This document shows, one piece after another, positions 1 through 29,828 of a stretch of DNA of 64,000 bases. Both the position numbers and the translations under genes were made by a program. Source of the stretch: Salpingoeca rosetta (Eukaryota > Protista > Choanoflagellata); the NCBI GenBank assembly GCA_033442325.1, contig JAWQFM010000028.1:335246-399245 (forward strand). The letters run 5' to 3'. Within the stretch, counting starts at the first letter, position 1. Each line of letters begins with the position of its first letter. Below the pieces are notes generated by a model, which saw nothing but the letters and a program-made list of their open reading frames with translations, was not told the DNA's origin and ran no database searches.

Positions 1-62
1 ACGTCCTGGTGGCCAGGCAAAGAGGGAGCGATTGAACGTGTTAGGGTCATGAATGCAGACGT

Positions 63-148
<86 letters not shown>

Positions 149-170
149 CGTGCAACAATAGAGTGCACAC

Positions 171-9849
<9,679 letters not shown>

Positions 9850-10024
9850 TGACGAAAATCACTGCTTATCATTCGTCAATCACCACTGCTGACACACCAC
9901 GAACAGCAGCAACAAGCAACAGCAACAAACAACTTCACCACCTTGCTGTTGGCTCGCTGGCTTGCTTGGCTTCCTCCCTCCACACACGCACCGCGCACAT
10001 ACGCACACACGCGCGCACGCAAGC

Positions 10025-10311
10025 ATGAAGTCTGTTCAGGTGTTGATCCGCTACAAGCGGGAAGAAATCAACGCAGCCATCGATGCCCTCTTGAACCCAT
10101 CTCAGATTGCCCGGTATGCGTGTCCTTCTGCTGCTCTCTGTGTGTGTCTGTGTGTGTTTGTCTGTGTATGTGTGTGGGCCTGAATGTCTGTGTTTGTGTC
10201 TGCATGTGCCTGAATGTCTGTGTGTGTGTGTGACTGTGTGTGTGCCTGTCAGTCTGTCAGTCTGTGTGTGTGGGATTGTGTCTGTGTGTGTCTGTTTGTG
10301 TGTGCGTGTGC

Positions 10312-10375
<64 letters not shown>

Positions 10376-10920
10376 ATGGGTTGACTCTGCAGTTGCACTG
10401 ACACACTTCGCACACTGTCACTGAAACCAGCCCTGGTTGGCTAACTCATGTCTGCATACATACATACATACATACATACATACATGCACATTTACGTTAC
10501 ATCGCCTTCAACACGCCTCCTCACCGAGTCTTTCCTTTCTTCAACTGTCACAGGATATGCAAACAGCCAGCCGCGTCCGTGGTCAAGGTGATTCACAAGG
10601 GCAGGGTCATCAAGCCGGGAGAACCCGTCCCAGACAAAGCAAAGCTGCTCGTCATGATTGTCACTGTGAGTCTCTCGTTCTCAGCACAACCCCACATTGC
10701 TGCGGCGTTCTAAAAGGGCTGGCCTTGCACAACAAGGCCACTGGGTGCACCAGCTGTTGTGCCAATCAAGTTGCGCCAATTCCTCTCATGTCATGTCGCG
10801 CATATTCCTACATCCATGCTTAGGCGAGTGATGAGCAGCGCACAAAGCAGCTGCCCTGGCCCCTGAGCATCTTGGAAGCCTACCTGCCAGAACACATCGT
10901 GGAAGCCATCCTGGTCTGTC

Positions 10921-10963
<43 letters not shown>

Positions 10964-10964
10964 T

Positions 10965-11040
<76 letters not shown>

Positions 11041-11065
11041 GTGTGCGTGCGTGTGTGTGTGTGTG

Positions 11066-11128
<63 letters not shown>

Positions 11129-12137
11129 CCGTGCACGTCGACACTCGTGCTGCAGTGTGTGGATTTGTCTCGTTTACATGTGTTGCCTTGGTTCGTACTT
11201 GGTGGTTTTGCTGCTTGCCATCTGAGCATGCGCTGTCAAATCTCACGTCTTGTTAACTCCCCTCGTGCGCTGCGACCACGGACAGTCGTGGACAAACTGG
11301 GTGTATTCAACCGTGAGCAGCATTTGGCAGACGATTCAGCCGTTTTCTTCCATTGGTCAGTCGAGGGACGACGCCCCGTGCTCCTGGTGCAGAACCCAAG
11401 CACACACAAGCACAAGTTGACATTCACTCGCATGCTCACATCTGTGCATACGTTTACGCACACACAAGCACAAACACACACACAAACACAAACACAAACA
11501 CACAAACACAAACACCACTCCCCCACCTCTAACTCTACACGCTGGCAGACCATTCGCGCGGCAAGTCGTACCGCATCGAGAAAGGCGACACCATCACGCT
11601 GTCTGTCTCCTTCTCGGGCGAGAGCGAGGATGAGGAGATGACGTGTCACTGGACGGCAAACGACTGCGGTCGCATCACAACAGACGCAAAGCAAACATTC
11701 AAGGGTGAGTGGGCGCGCAAAAACGCACACGTGTGTGTGTGTGTATGTGTTTGTGTGTATGTGTATGTGTGTATGTGTGTGCTTGTGCCAATTTGAGCAC
11801 ATGCTCTCACAAACGCAGGCATTGCGTGCTCATGGATGCCAATGCACACGACCCGCATTCCATGGTGTCGCCCATGCTTGGGTTTGCTTTGTTATTGCGT
11901 CACATCATGATGTGTTTGACCACTCACATGCCGTGTTTGTGTCCAATGCACACTGTTCCTCCTCTCATCTAATCTCCTCGTCGCCCCCCCCCCCACTCTG
12001 CAGGCAAAGGCCCACACAAGAGCCACGCTACAGTGGAATCAACTGGCGCTGCCGGCACTGTCACGTGCGTCATCTGCTCAACAGCAGCAGACAGCAAGGA
12101 CCAGACGGAGGTGTTCTGGTTCGACGAGACAGATTAA
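10025..12137 (+). CDS. Hypothetical 216-aa protein with an N-terminal ubiquitin-like region and a C-terminal Ig-like region
   Basis: Six GT-AG exons (10025-10113, 10554-10665, 10824-10913, 11286-11355, 11549-11704, 12004-12137) sum to 651 nt in frame. VKVIHKGRVIKPGEPVPDKAKLLVM resembles the UBL core. EKGDTITLSVSFSG...CHW...GTVTCVI resembles Ig I-set strands. Confidence 0.6.
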
Positions 12138-12691
12138 GCATGAGCGTTGGTGTTGTTCCCACCAACCGAGCGGTCCTTCAAGCTCAACCCTTTTCAGTGT
12201 GTGAACAGGTGCACACATATGAGTGGCTCTTTGAGCGCTGTATTCTTCCGGTGCGCTGCGGTGTGGTACTTCTACCTGCTGTTACCTTCCCTTGCCTCCC
12301 CTCCCCCCGGGTTCCTGCAACAACGTCTTTTCAACCTGCCTGCCCGTGCCCTGTTATCTTTATTCGCGCCGTGTTACAAGTTGCCCCCTCTTGCTTGCCA
12401 CCTCGACTGTTTGTTTGCCGACCACCCCCCCCCCCCCGCAAGACGACCAGCGGTCATCTCCAGCCACTTGCTGGTGCTGTGGCGCAGACAGCGCAGTGAA
12501 TGTTGTGCAGCTTGTTTCCAAATGTGTACAGGCGTCTTTGTGACACGTGTTGGCTGAATCCAGCTCTCGCAGCAGACAACTGCAGCAATTGCAGAACGCA
12601 CCAATACTGAGTTGACAAGACCAGCAGAGGTGACCACAACACAGTCAACAGCTGAGGGAACAATGCTGAGCCCTTGCAAAAGGCAGGGTCG

Positions 12692-12722
<31 letters not shown>

Positions 12723-12840
12723 AACACACACACACACATACACACACAAACACAAACACACACACACATACTCACACACAAACACACACACATATAGAGG
12801 AAAAGCTGTTTGCTCCTGGCGAGTTTGCTGTGGTTTTGTC

Positions 12841-17474
<4,634 letters not shown>

Positions 17475-17743
17475 TTCCGCCTTCGCTGCCAAGCAAGACC
17501 TTTCCTTTTGTCCTGCGTGATGATGATCGCCTCCTCCTCCTCCTCCTCCTTCTCCTCCTTGCTCGCCCACTCCGCTCTGCTGTCCCCTCTCGCTCACACC
17601 GAGTCGCTGCTGCTGATGATTGCTGTGACGGTCGTCGTCGTGGTGGCACTTTGCCACTTCACTTATCTTCCTTCTTCGTTTGTTGTGGGGAGAGAAACAG
17701 CCAAAGAATTTTTTTTTCTTCTTGGCTTGCTTGCTTGGGGGTT

Positions 17744-17795
17744 GGTTGTGTAGACTGAATTCAGTTTAATCCACGATACGACTTAATTCAGTTTT
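17744..17795 (-). promoter_or_regulatory. Tandem CTGAATTMAGTC motif upstream of the CLIP-170-like gene
   Basis: The minus strand reads AAACTGAATTAAGTC-GTATCGTGGATT-AAACTGAATTCAGTC-TACACAACC, the same architecture as 44318-44362. Confidence 0.5.
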
Positions 17796-18128
17796 CATGT
17801 TGAGGCGTTCTGGCGTGGCTGCCACTGGCGAGTCGTCTGTTGTGGTTCCTCTTCTTCATCTGCTTGATGTGCCGCTTCTTCTGTCGCTTCTTGTCCGGCA
17901 CGACCGCCTTGCCCTCCTTCTGTGCAACCACCATGGCGTTGAACTTGCTCTTCAGGTCCGTTGGCGCCTGTTTCGGGCCCCGCACCTTCTTCACGCGGCC
18001 ACGGTCCATTTCCTTAAGATGGAAGTGCAAGGGGGCATCAATGCACGACAACCATGAATGCGGCATTCGCTCAAGAAATAACGCATACGTGCACAAAACC
18101 GCACCCGTACAAATACACAATGTGCAAT

Positions 18129-18163
<35 letters not shown>

Positions 18164-21100
18164 AAGCGCAAACACGCACAAACACACACACACACAGCAC
18201 AAACGCACACAAACACACACACACACACACATAAAGCGCAAACACATAAAGCGCAAACGCACACAAACACACACACATGAAGCGCAAACACACAAACACA
18301 CATAACGCATGCATACATGCAGTCGCACCTCATCAAAGGCCTCGCGATCACGCTCCTCTTTGCTCTTGTGTGGCTTTGGAAGCGGTGCAAGTGCACTACT
18401 ATGTGTGTCATCCCACGTCGTAACTGGTGACACGACCACGCAAGGCAAAGGGAGTAAGGATCAGCAACCAACAATACCGTCGAGCGCAGTAGTCGTGTCG
18501 GCACACAAACACCCAACAAACACACACACACACACAAACACAAACACACACACAAACACACCTGCTTCACTGGCGTCCGCCTGTTTTGGATCAACAGCTG
18601 TACGGCGTTTGCCGTCCCACAATGCCTTCTTCTTGCTCTGATTCAACACACAACGTTTACGCACACACACACACACACACATGAGGCCGAGCGAACAAAC
18701 AGCGTGCAAGTCAGCAATACACCAGTTGAACCTCTGAAACAAACAACCAAAAATATGTCCCCGGTGCACACACGCACACACACACATGCACATTCACACA
18801 CATGTACACACACACACACACACACACGCGCGCGCTCCCTGACCTTGACAATTTGTTCTGTTGTGCCACGGTCCACATTCCACGCCACCACGTCCACATC
18901 CTGCTGCGCTGCCGTGGTTGCGCCAGCCTCGTCGGCATCAGACCCCTCACTGTCACTGTCACTGTCACTGTTACTGTCACTGTCGCTGGCGCCCTCGCCA
19001 CGGTGCATCTCGTCCTCTTCCTCGTCATCGTCCTCAAAAGAGATGTTGGCGGCGTCATCGTCCTCGCTGTCGCTGTCAGCTGCGTAGGAGCGGTGAGCAG
19101 CAGCGCCGTTCATCTGCATCGGGCCGGGTGCATGGCCGCCATCTGGTGCCGCCACATCACCCTCCTCGCCGCTGGACGATGCGCCGTCACCGTCTCCTTC
19201 CTCCTCTTCATCACTGCTGCCGGCACCTTGCTTCTCATCATCATCCTCCTCAGCACCATCACTGCCGTAGAGCTCCTCAAGCATCTGCCCGACCAACAAC
19301 GACATCGCGAAGCACAGACAAGGTATGACAAGATGCACACATGCACGCATCGCCAATGAGAAATGGTGCAGCGATACTAACATTGGCAGCAGCACATGCC
19401 CACGTGCATCGAAGCACAGCAACAACTGTAACAACAACTTAAACAACAACTTAAACAACAACAACAACAACTTAAACAACAACAACTTAAACAACAACAA
19501 CAACACCACCACCACCGCCACCGCCACTGCGGTTGCACGGTACCTTGTAGACGTTGTTGGAGACGGCGGCGGCAATGCTGCGATGAAGCTGCACAGGCAG
19601 CTCCTCCAGCTCAAGCAAAAACTCGTCATCATCATCGTCGTCATCACCACCGTTGCTGCTGGTGAGCGCAGCGCGTTCATCCTCGCTCAGCGCCTACGGA
19701 ACACATCCGGGCAGACAAGATGGGTGCGTGTGGTGCACGTTGGATGAGGGCGTGAGGACCACAAAGAGTATTCGATGCGCAACGCAGGCGCATACAAGGG
19801 GTTAGTGAATGCACATGGAAGCAACCAAGCACACGCACACGCACACGCACACGCACACGCACACACAAAACGAATGTGGTGCACAGGTCCGCCTCTGCAC
19901 ACCTCAAGAACCGCAGCGGTGGCTTGTGTCAGGTGATGGTACAGTTCAGCATTCACGCACGCCAGCACACGCGCTCGCACATCTGCAGCCAAAATGAATA
20001 AATCGATGCATGGTGAGCATTGACGTGCATGCACGTGTCAACAGTTCAGCACGTGCTTTAGATTGTTGATGGATCAATGCCCATCGCCACATGACACACC
20101 ACACTATGCCACACACACACACACACACACACAGAGCATGGCGTCACCTTTTGAGACGCGCTGCAGAATGTCGATGACTGTGTTGTCCAGCACGGCGCGA
20201 TGGTGATCCTCGATATCGCCTGAACCAATCGGCAGCGACACATCCCCCTCACCCCCATCATCATTATCGCTCGACGCTGCTGTTGCTGCTGTCGCGACTG
20301 GTGCTACAACTGCTTGCTTCGCCTGCTTCTTCTCAACTTTCGTTTTTCCCTCTCCGTCTTCCGCCACCCCTGCGTGTTCGCGCTCTTGCCGGGCGTGGTC
20401 GGCCTGCTCCTTAAACAGCGACTCAAGCTCCTCCATGCTCACTGCACCAATGGCATCCTCATCATCATCATCATCATCATCATCAGCACCCGTCGCCATG
20501 CGCGAGCGCCGTGAGGGCACAAACTCCTCGTCATCGCTGTCGTCCTCGCTGTCCAGGCTTCCTCCCTGCGCTTGCAGCTGCTGCAGCTCAACCATCGCCT
20601 TGGCTCGCTTCGACGGCAGCTCCCCGTCATTGTCGTCGCCACCTCTGCCTTCGTCGTCGACGTCGTCGTCGTCGTTCGTTACGCGCCACCCGCTGATGGT
20701 AGCGTAGCGATCCTGGGCACAGTCAACACGCGGGTGGCACGGCACGGCAGGATGAGGTGAGGCATACATAGGGCTCTCACATACAATGAGCACGCACAAG
20801 CGTTCTATACCCACCCCAGCCAGCGCCACCAGGCACAACTGGTGGCCATCACGCAGCACCGTCACAACCCTTAACTATTTTCGCCTCCGCCACACATATT
20901 CACCACCGCCACCGCCACCGCCACCACCACCACCACCACCACCACCACCACCACTCTCCATCCATCCATCCATCCATCCGTCCGTTCATACCCATCGCTC
21001 GCGGCGGTATGCGGGTCGCCAGGGGCGGGGAGGGTTGAGCTGCACCGTCCACATGCACCGCTCGTCTGTCGTCGTGATCACAGGGTCATACGTCGCTGTA

Positions 21101-21722
21101 GACGAGAAAAGACAATGCCGACGCACGAGGTGATGTGAGGAAGAAGAAAAAGGAGGAGGAGGAGGAGGAGGAGGAGGTGGTGGTGGTGGTGGTGGTGTAA
21201 CAGAGGTGGGGGAGGTGTTATAGCGGATGGGGAGACAAGAGTGTGAAGGTGAGCAGCGTGGACAGGTCAGTCAAGGCCTCAGCACTGCAGCAGTGCACTT
21301 GTATGTGATGGCATCGCCTCAAAAACAAAACCAAAAACCAAAGGCACACCCGCGGCCGCATCACAGGAACAACAGAAAAACGCAAACCATCAAGCAATTC
21401 AAACTCACGGTTGCGGTCCATGAAGCCCTCGCTGCTGCTGGTGCTGCTGGTGCTGTCGCTGCGAGCAATGCCGCCGTTGGGAACAGCACGCTGTGGTGGT
21501 GCAAACGGTAACTCCTCCCCGACGTCTTCCTCCTCTGACGACGATGATGATGATGATCCATCCTCTTCTGACTCAGAGTCTGTGCACAGCAGGGGAAGTG
21601 TGAACGACCAAAAAATAACCAATCGTGACGCATGTGCGTAAATGCGTGCACGGGTGCATGTGAACATGTGTGTGCTTGTGTGTGTGTGTATATGCTTGTG
21701 TGCTTGTGTGCTTGTATGTGTG

Positions 21723-21778
<56 letters not shown>

Positions 21779-23111
21779 GGTAATCACTTCTTCTAGCCCC
21801 TGCTACAGCTTGTTATGTGCAGCTCAACCACAATACACAAGACGCCAATTGCACCCACCTGAGGAAGCAACAGCTGCCGCGACGCCGTCCATGAGCGAAC
21901 TCGCACTGCCAGCCGCTGGCTTCTCCGCTTTCTTCTTCTTCTGTTGCTGTTGTTGCTGTTGCTGTTCCACACCTTGCATGGCAGCCGCCTGTGCTGGCTT
22001 GTCCTTGCTTGCATCCGCTTGACCCTGCTTCGTTATCTGCTGCTGCTGCTGCTGCTGCTGGTTTGTGTCTGCGGGTGACGCCTTCTGCTTCGCCGCTGCT
22101 TTGGCGGGCACCTCAGCCTGGTGGTGGCCAGGGCAAACGGCAGTCAGCGCACAGAACACAACAAGCACACAAGCACACAACAAACACACACAACACACAT
22201 AAGCACACAAAAACACGCAAAACAAACAAAACGCAAAGTACTCAAACGCGCGCACACATACACACGTGCTGCTTTCAACCTCCACACATTCACGCACACA
22301 TGCACATGTTCACACATGCACACATTTGCACACACATACACACAAACACACACACACATGTACATGCGCGCACACGTCCATGCACACCTTCGGCTGTGGG
22401 CAGTAGGCGGTAGGTGGCGGCTTGTTGTCTGTGCGCGTGTAAAACAGCATATACGCAGCCTGATTGAGCACCTCGTTCTCCTTTGAAAAGCGGACCTGCA
22501 AACCAGTGGCATCGCAAACAGGTTGTGATTTGTTGGGAATGGGCGTGAGAGATGATGAGAACGGAGAGAATGGAATCAAGGCCAGAGGGCAACGTGTATC
22601 CGTTCAAGGATATGCAGTGCACACGCACGCACAAATGCAAAACGCACTTGCACGACCGCACGAGCATATACAACACACACACACAAGCGCGCGCGCACAA
22701 CACTGTACATGCATACACACCCACACACATCCTAACCCTTACCCTTACCCTCCGCTCCACCCCACTCCACCCCCTCATGCTCGCAGCATTGCGTCACGCC
22801 AATCTACTCACGTCGTCGTCGTCAGCACAGTACCACATGCCGTTTGCAGCGCGCACGTAGGCGATGTAGTGTCCCGAGGAGAGCGTGGCCCCCAGGTGCA
22901 CCAGCACACCGTACAGCTCGTACCGGCACGCCCCACGCGAGATGCGGGACCGCTGAGGCAGTGCCAGCAAAGAATACAGAAGGAATTTTCGTGGGTGATG
23001 GGGGTGGTAGGTGGTGGTAGGTGCGTGAGCGGTGCGTTGTGCGTGCGTGGTGTGGTGTGTTGGGTGCAACAACGAGGAAATAAAGAGTGCTGGCACAGGT
23101 CAGACAAACTG

Positions 23112-23149
<38 letters not shown>

Positions 23150-25047
23150 GCACTCACACACACACATTCGCACTCACACTCGCACTCACACTCGCACACA
23201 CACACACAGTCGCACTCACACTCGCACTCACACTCGCACACACACACACAGTCGCACTCACACACACACACAATCGCACTCACACTCGCACACGTATGCA
23301 CAAGTGCAGACGCACACACAATCGCACTCACACTCGCACACGTATGCACAAGTGCAGACGCACACACAATCGCACTCACACTCGCACACGTATGCACAAG
23401 TGCAGACGCACACACAATCGCACTCACACTCGCACACGTATGCACAAGTGCAGACGCCAGCGCAAGCAGGTGCAGCGACTCACAATGGAGCGGGAGAGGA
23501 ACTCGTGGACGTTCAGTTGCATCGGATACGAAACCTTGTGTCGCAGCTTCGACCCAAAGTGGCTGCAGCACAACACAGGAAAAGGCACGCAGGATTGTAC
23601 ACGAACACGGGCATGTAAGCAAACATGCAAACACAGCTGCATTGCATTCTCGTCCATTGGTCCCATTCATTCTTCGGACAATCGTACACTTGGCCATCAC
23701 CACCACAACTCCACGTCAACAATCACAGACGCTTCAACTACCGTCACCGCAGGAGCCCCTCGAACAACCACCATCGCCATCATCATCGTTCCTGCAACCT
23801 CATGAAGCTGAAGCGCTTGAGTTGGATACAGAGGACGTTTGGCAGGCGGTGGATGGTCAGCTGCTTGGTCGCTGGCACTTTGTTCTTGCACCTAGCATGC
23901 ACACACCACAGAGTGGACGACAGAGTATGGCAGACAGTTCACACACACACGCACACACACAGTGTCGAGGGAGAGGGTGAGAGTGGGGGTGGTGTCAGTC
24001 AGGAGGATCACACAGCAAGGTTGGATACAGCTGCAGCACATTGGACTTGCGTGCACAAAAGATCCTCATGTGCGAATGCAAACACACACACGCGCACACA
24101 CACACACACGCGCGCGCACACACACGCGCGCGCGCACACACAAACACAGACCAACTGCAAACAGCTGCGAATTTACCCGCTGCAGCTGTAGGAGTTTGTT
24201 TTGAAGAGCAGCTCTTTGGTCACAAACTGCTGCAGCGCTCGCGTCAACTGCAGAAAGAACAGGGGTAACAACCGTCAGCACCATTTGAACACAGCAACGC
24301 CCGAGTCATATGCAAACATTAACACACATACACATGTACACACATTCACACATTCACACATGCACATGTACAATCACGCACATACGCACACATAGACACA
24401 CACACAGACACACACACACGCACATGCACATGCACATGCACATGCACATGCAAAGGTGTGTACCGAGTTTGCGGCCTTGATGTCGATGCTGAGATCGAAA
24501 AACGATTCAAAGGTGTTTGAGCAGTGCTTGCACCGCACACACTGGATCTGAGAGCGGAGGTACCCTGGTCACAACACGCACACACGTGCACACGTACGCA
24601 TCAGGCGCAGATGTCGCGTCAAATGTAATGTCAGGTGTTCGCCCAGTCACACGTGCATGTACACTCACACTCACACACATGCCACGCACGCACACACACA
24701 CACACATGCCACGCACGCACACACGCACACACACACACACGCCACGCACGCACATCATGTTCACGATGACCACCATCATCAGCAGCACCACCACCACCAG
24801 GACTTGAGTCGCTCGTGCGCGTTGTGTGCACTCACCGCCAAAGATGTGGTGGAGGACAGTTGTTTCTTGCACACGCAGGTCAAGGCTGAGATGCGAAGCG
24901 GGGGGGGGGGTGTTGGACAGGGCGGCGGTGATAATGGTGATGACGTGTTGGTGTTCACAAGGAAATGATGAGCCAAAGTTCGCCAGGGCATCAAACGCAA
25001 GCGCCTATTCCCCCAATTGCAGGAGCTGCGCATGCCTCGCCCTGTCT

Positions 25048-25129
<82 letters not shown>

Positions 25130-25668
25130 CACACATGCACACACCATCCATCACGCTCACTTCTTGTAGTCGCCGAGCAGGGCCGTCTGCATGGCGTCGA
25201 GGAGGCAGATGAAGAACTCGTGTGCATCCTGCTGCTGGTAATGCCGGAACGCCTTGTTGATCTCTGCAACCACGCACGCATGTGATGAAAGTAGAGAGGC
25301 ATGTGTGCACGCATTTGTGATCTCGTGCAACAGCTGTCTCGGCTTGCATTCGTGCATGCGCAATTACACACACTCACACGCACGAACGCATGCGCACGCA
25401 CACATGCACGCACGCATGCATGCACACGCACACGCGCTTCTGCAGCGTACGTCTGAGGTGGTTGATGATTCCCTTTGGGAGCACGGTGCGCTTTGGGCTA
25501 GTGAGGGAGCGGTGCACGTGCAGCTCAACAAGCTTCATCGCATCAAACCCGGGCTGCGGCGTGTGTGTGCGCTGGTACTGCCCAGCTGCAACACACAAGA
25601 ATGAAACACGTGTGTGTATACGTTTGTACGCATGTGAGACAGTGAGAGACGGTGTGTGTGTGTGAATG

Positions 25669-25747
<79 letters not shown>

Positions 25748-26632
25748 ATGATGGAAAACGGGGGATGAGTATGTGTGTTGCCACAACGTGAACGAACAAG
25801 GTGAGATGCAAGAGAGAAGAAAAAAGCCAACGCTGCGGCAGTGGAGCGGCAGTGGTGACTCGTTGACCATGAATACTCGAGCAAAGATCGACAAAGCAAA
25901 GGACATGGCAAGCAAGGTGTGCTTACACAGGCAGAAGTTGGCCAGAGCTGGGGTGTACGCGAGACACTGATGTGAGAGAACAGAGCGTTGCGTGTCGACG
26001 TGAGTTTCGGGGCAGAGCAGGTTGTGCAAGGAGACCAAGTGCAGACATGCCAAGTGCGACGGCGAGCGTTGCAGTGCACAACAAAGCCGGGGTATGGGTG
26101 CACCTGGAGCGTGGCATTGAGGAAGCACGTGTTGCCGAGGTTGCCAAGACCGGCGCCCATGGGCCGCGGCTTCTTCCATGTCACGCGGAGGGTGTTCTGT
26201 CGATTCAGCGAAGAGTTACAGTGAGCAGGCGCCATGGCCAGCACAGTCAAGACGCAACCACACATACACACATGTGGCATGCACAGGCTCACAAACACAC
26301 ACACACATGTACACTTATGACATGCATACACTCACACACATCGACACACATATAGTGACGCTTGCGTGTGTGTGTGAATATTGTCACGTCTCCTTGTGAT
26401 GCGCTAGCACAAGCAATGCTGACCTGGTTGAAGAGCTGGCGCTTTGCCTCGACAAAGCCATCTTTGTCACGAAGGTGCACGTGGGAAGCACCTGCCGATC
26501 CGTTCTCTGCAGGTACGAACAACCGGGATGGCATTGCACACGTCCATCATAAGTCATGAGCCATGATGGAGACATGCAAGCAAAGCCATGATGGAGACAG
26601 GAAAAAACCCAGGCGGCATCCACATATTCACG

Positions 26633-26720
<88 letters not shown>

Positions 26721-27225
26721 TGTTCCGTTCCATGGGTCGACATACCTGGACGTTTCACTGACAGGGTTCCGGTGAGGCCGCCGGTTGCTGCTTTGAGATC
26801 CTGTGCAGGCTCAAACTGGATGCGCTTGTTCCACACGTTATCGTGTGCGCGAATGTTCTACAAGTGGGGGGAGAGAGAGAGAGAGAGGACAGAGAGAGAG
26901 AGACACACACACACACACAGAGAGAGAGACAGAGAGAGACAGAGAGAGAGATGGATGCAACCGGGCAACGACAAGCATGTTGAGCAGAACGGTGGCACTT
27001 GAAATGCAGATCGTACCCACCACAGCACCCACCACAGCACACATCACACACCACACACCACAGCACCCACGCACAGCACCCACGCACAACCAGCGGGGCA
27101 GCCAGGAGGTAGCTCACTGGCACACTGACCGCGTCAATCATCGCGGTCACATCCCTCTTGGGACCATGATGTTTGTTGTGCTTGTTGTGCTTGTTGTGCT
27201 TGAACTTGTTCCTGTTCTTCCCCAT
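17788..27225 (-). CDS. USP36: Ubiquitin-specific protease of the USP36/USP42 family (nucleolar deubiquitinase)
   Basis: Cys box GAGLGNLGNTCFLNATLQ (~26105-26160), QQDAHEF (~25220), IQLKRF (~23815), His box YGVLVHLG...SGHYIAYVR (~22855-22920) and AYMLFY (~22445). A long acidic low-complexity region follows, ending in FDE|EMDRGRVKKVR and a basic tail typical of USP36. Confidence 0.88.
23271..23457. repeat. 48-bp minisatellite, ~3.9 copies, in a USP36 intron
   Basis: The unit CAATCGCACTCACACTCGCACACGTATGCACAAGTGCAGACGCACACA starts at 23271, 23319, 23367 and 23415. Confidence 0.9.
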
Positions 27226-27556
27226 GGCTTACGGTTGATGGGCAATGGGGGGGGGGGGCAGGATCAAACGGTGCAGGAGAAGAGAAGGATCCAAGGAGTG
27301 CTGGGGAAGTGGACGCGATGGAAGCGAAAGAGGTCTGGTTGGTGGGTGAAGGTGTGTGTTTGCAGGCGAACAACGTGCTTTCCCCCTCGCTTCCCTTCCT
27401 TCTCTCTCACAGCAAAAAGGCAGCTTTGACTTTGCTTGTGGAAGCCAAAGGCAAACTTGCGTGTGGTGGTGACCTAGGAATAGGCCGGCCCATACGGTGC
27501 ATTTGAAAGCACCTCCAACCAACCCAACAGCAAGCAAGCAAGCAACAAGGAAGACA

Positions 27557-29039
<1,483 letters not shown>

Positions 29040-29828
29040 AGGCAACTCTCGCCCACCGTGGCTGTGACGCGTTGGTGATGTCGGAATGACACGTTACACG
29101 CGTGCGTGTGCACCGCTCACAGCACTCCTCCTGTTGCCCCTCCTTGCTTTACCACACGTTGAAATGTGACATGCGCGCTCTGCGCGTGCTCACCTGCAGT
29201 TCTTCCCCGCGCCCCTCGCAGGCCAACGTTACGCTGCCTGCCTGCTTGCTTACTTGGCGCCTTTCCCCTTCTTGTTATCTTCCCTCATCCCTTCCCGATT
29301 ATCTGCTTCATCCGCTCCCCCCTCTTTCTCGCCTCTTTGTTTGCTTCCACATCCCCCCCCCCCCCGACGACCACCACACTAAACGCACTGACTGGCCTGA
29401 CGTGATGTGACGTGCGCTGGGCGAAGGAAGAAACGAATGCATATTGCCTTGTGTACTCATTAGAGACAACTTGGTGCAGTAACAGGCAACAGCATGACGC
29501 AGCAGCAGTGTCAGGCGGGAGGATATGTAACGTAACCAGCAACAGAGCACGGGCGACGGAAAAGAGATATGGGGGAGGGGTGGAGGAATTGAATGTGGCA
29601 GCAAGAAGCACACAAAAGAAGGAGCATTGACGGCAGAGGGGTGACGAGGCAGAGAGAGCGGGGGGGGGGAGAGACAGACAGAGAGACAGACAGAGAGACA
29701 GAGACAGACAGAGAGGGGTGGGGGGAGGGGGGAGGGTCACGCACACAGCACACACACACACACACATGCACACACACACACACACACATGCACACACACA
29801 CACATACATGCACACGCACACGACATGC

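Noticed and set aside
23271-23457. 48-bp periodic repeat as a possible CRISPR array
   Set aside because: The units are contiguous with no unique spacers, the context is a eukaryotic intron, and there are no cas genes.
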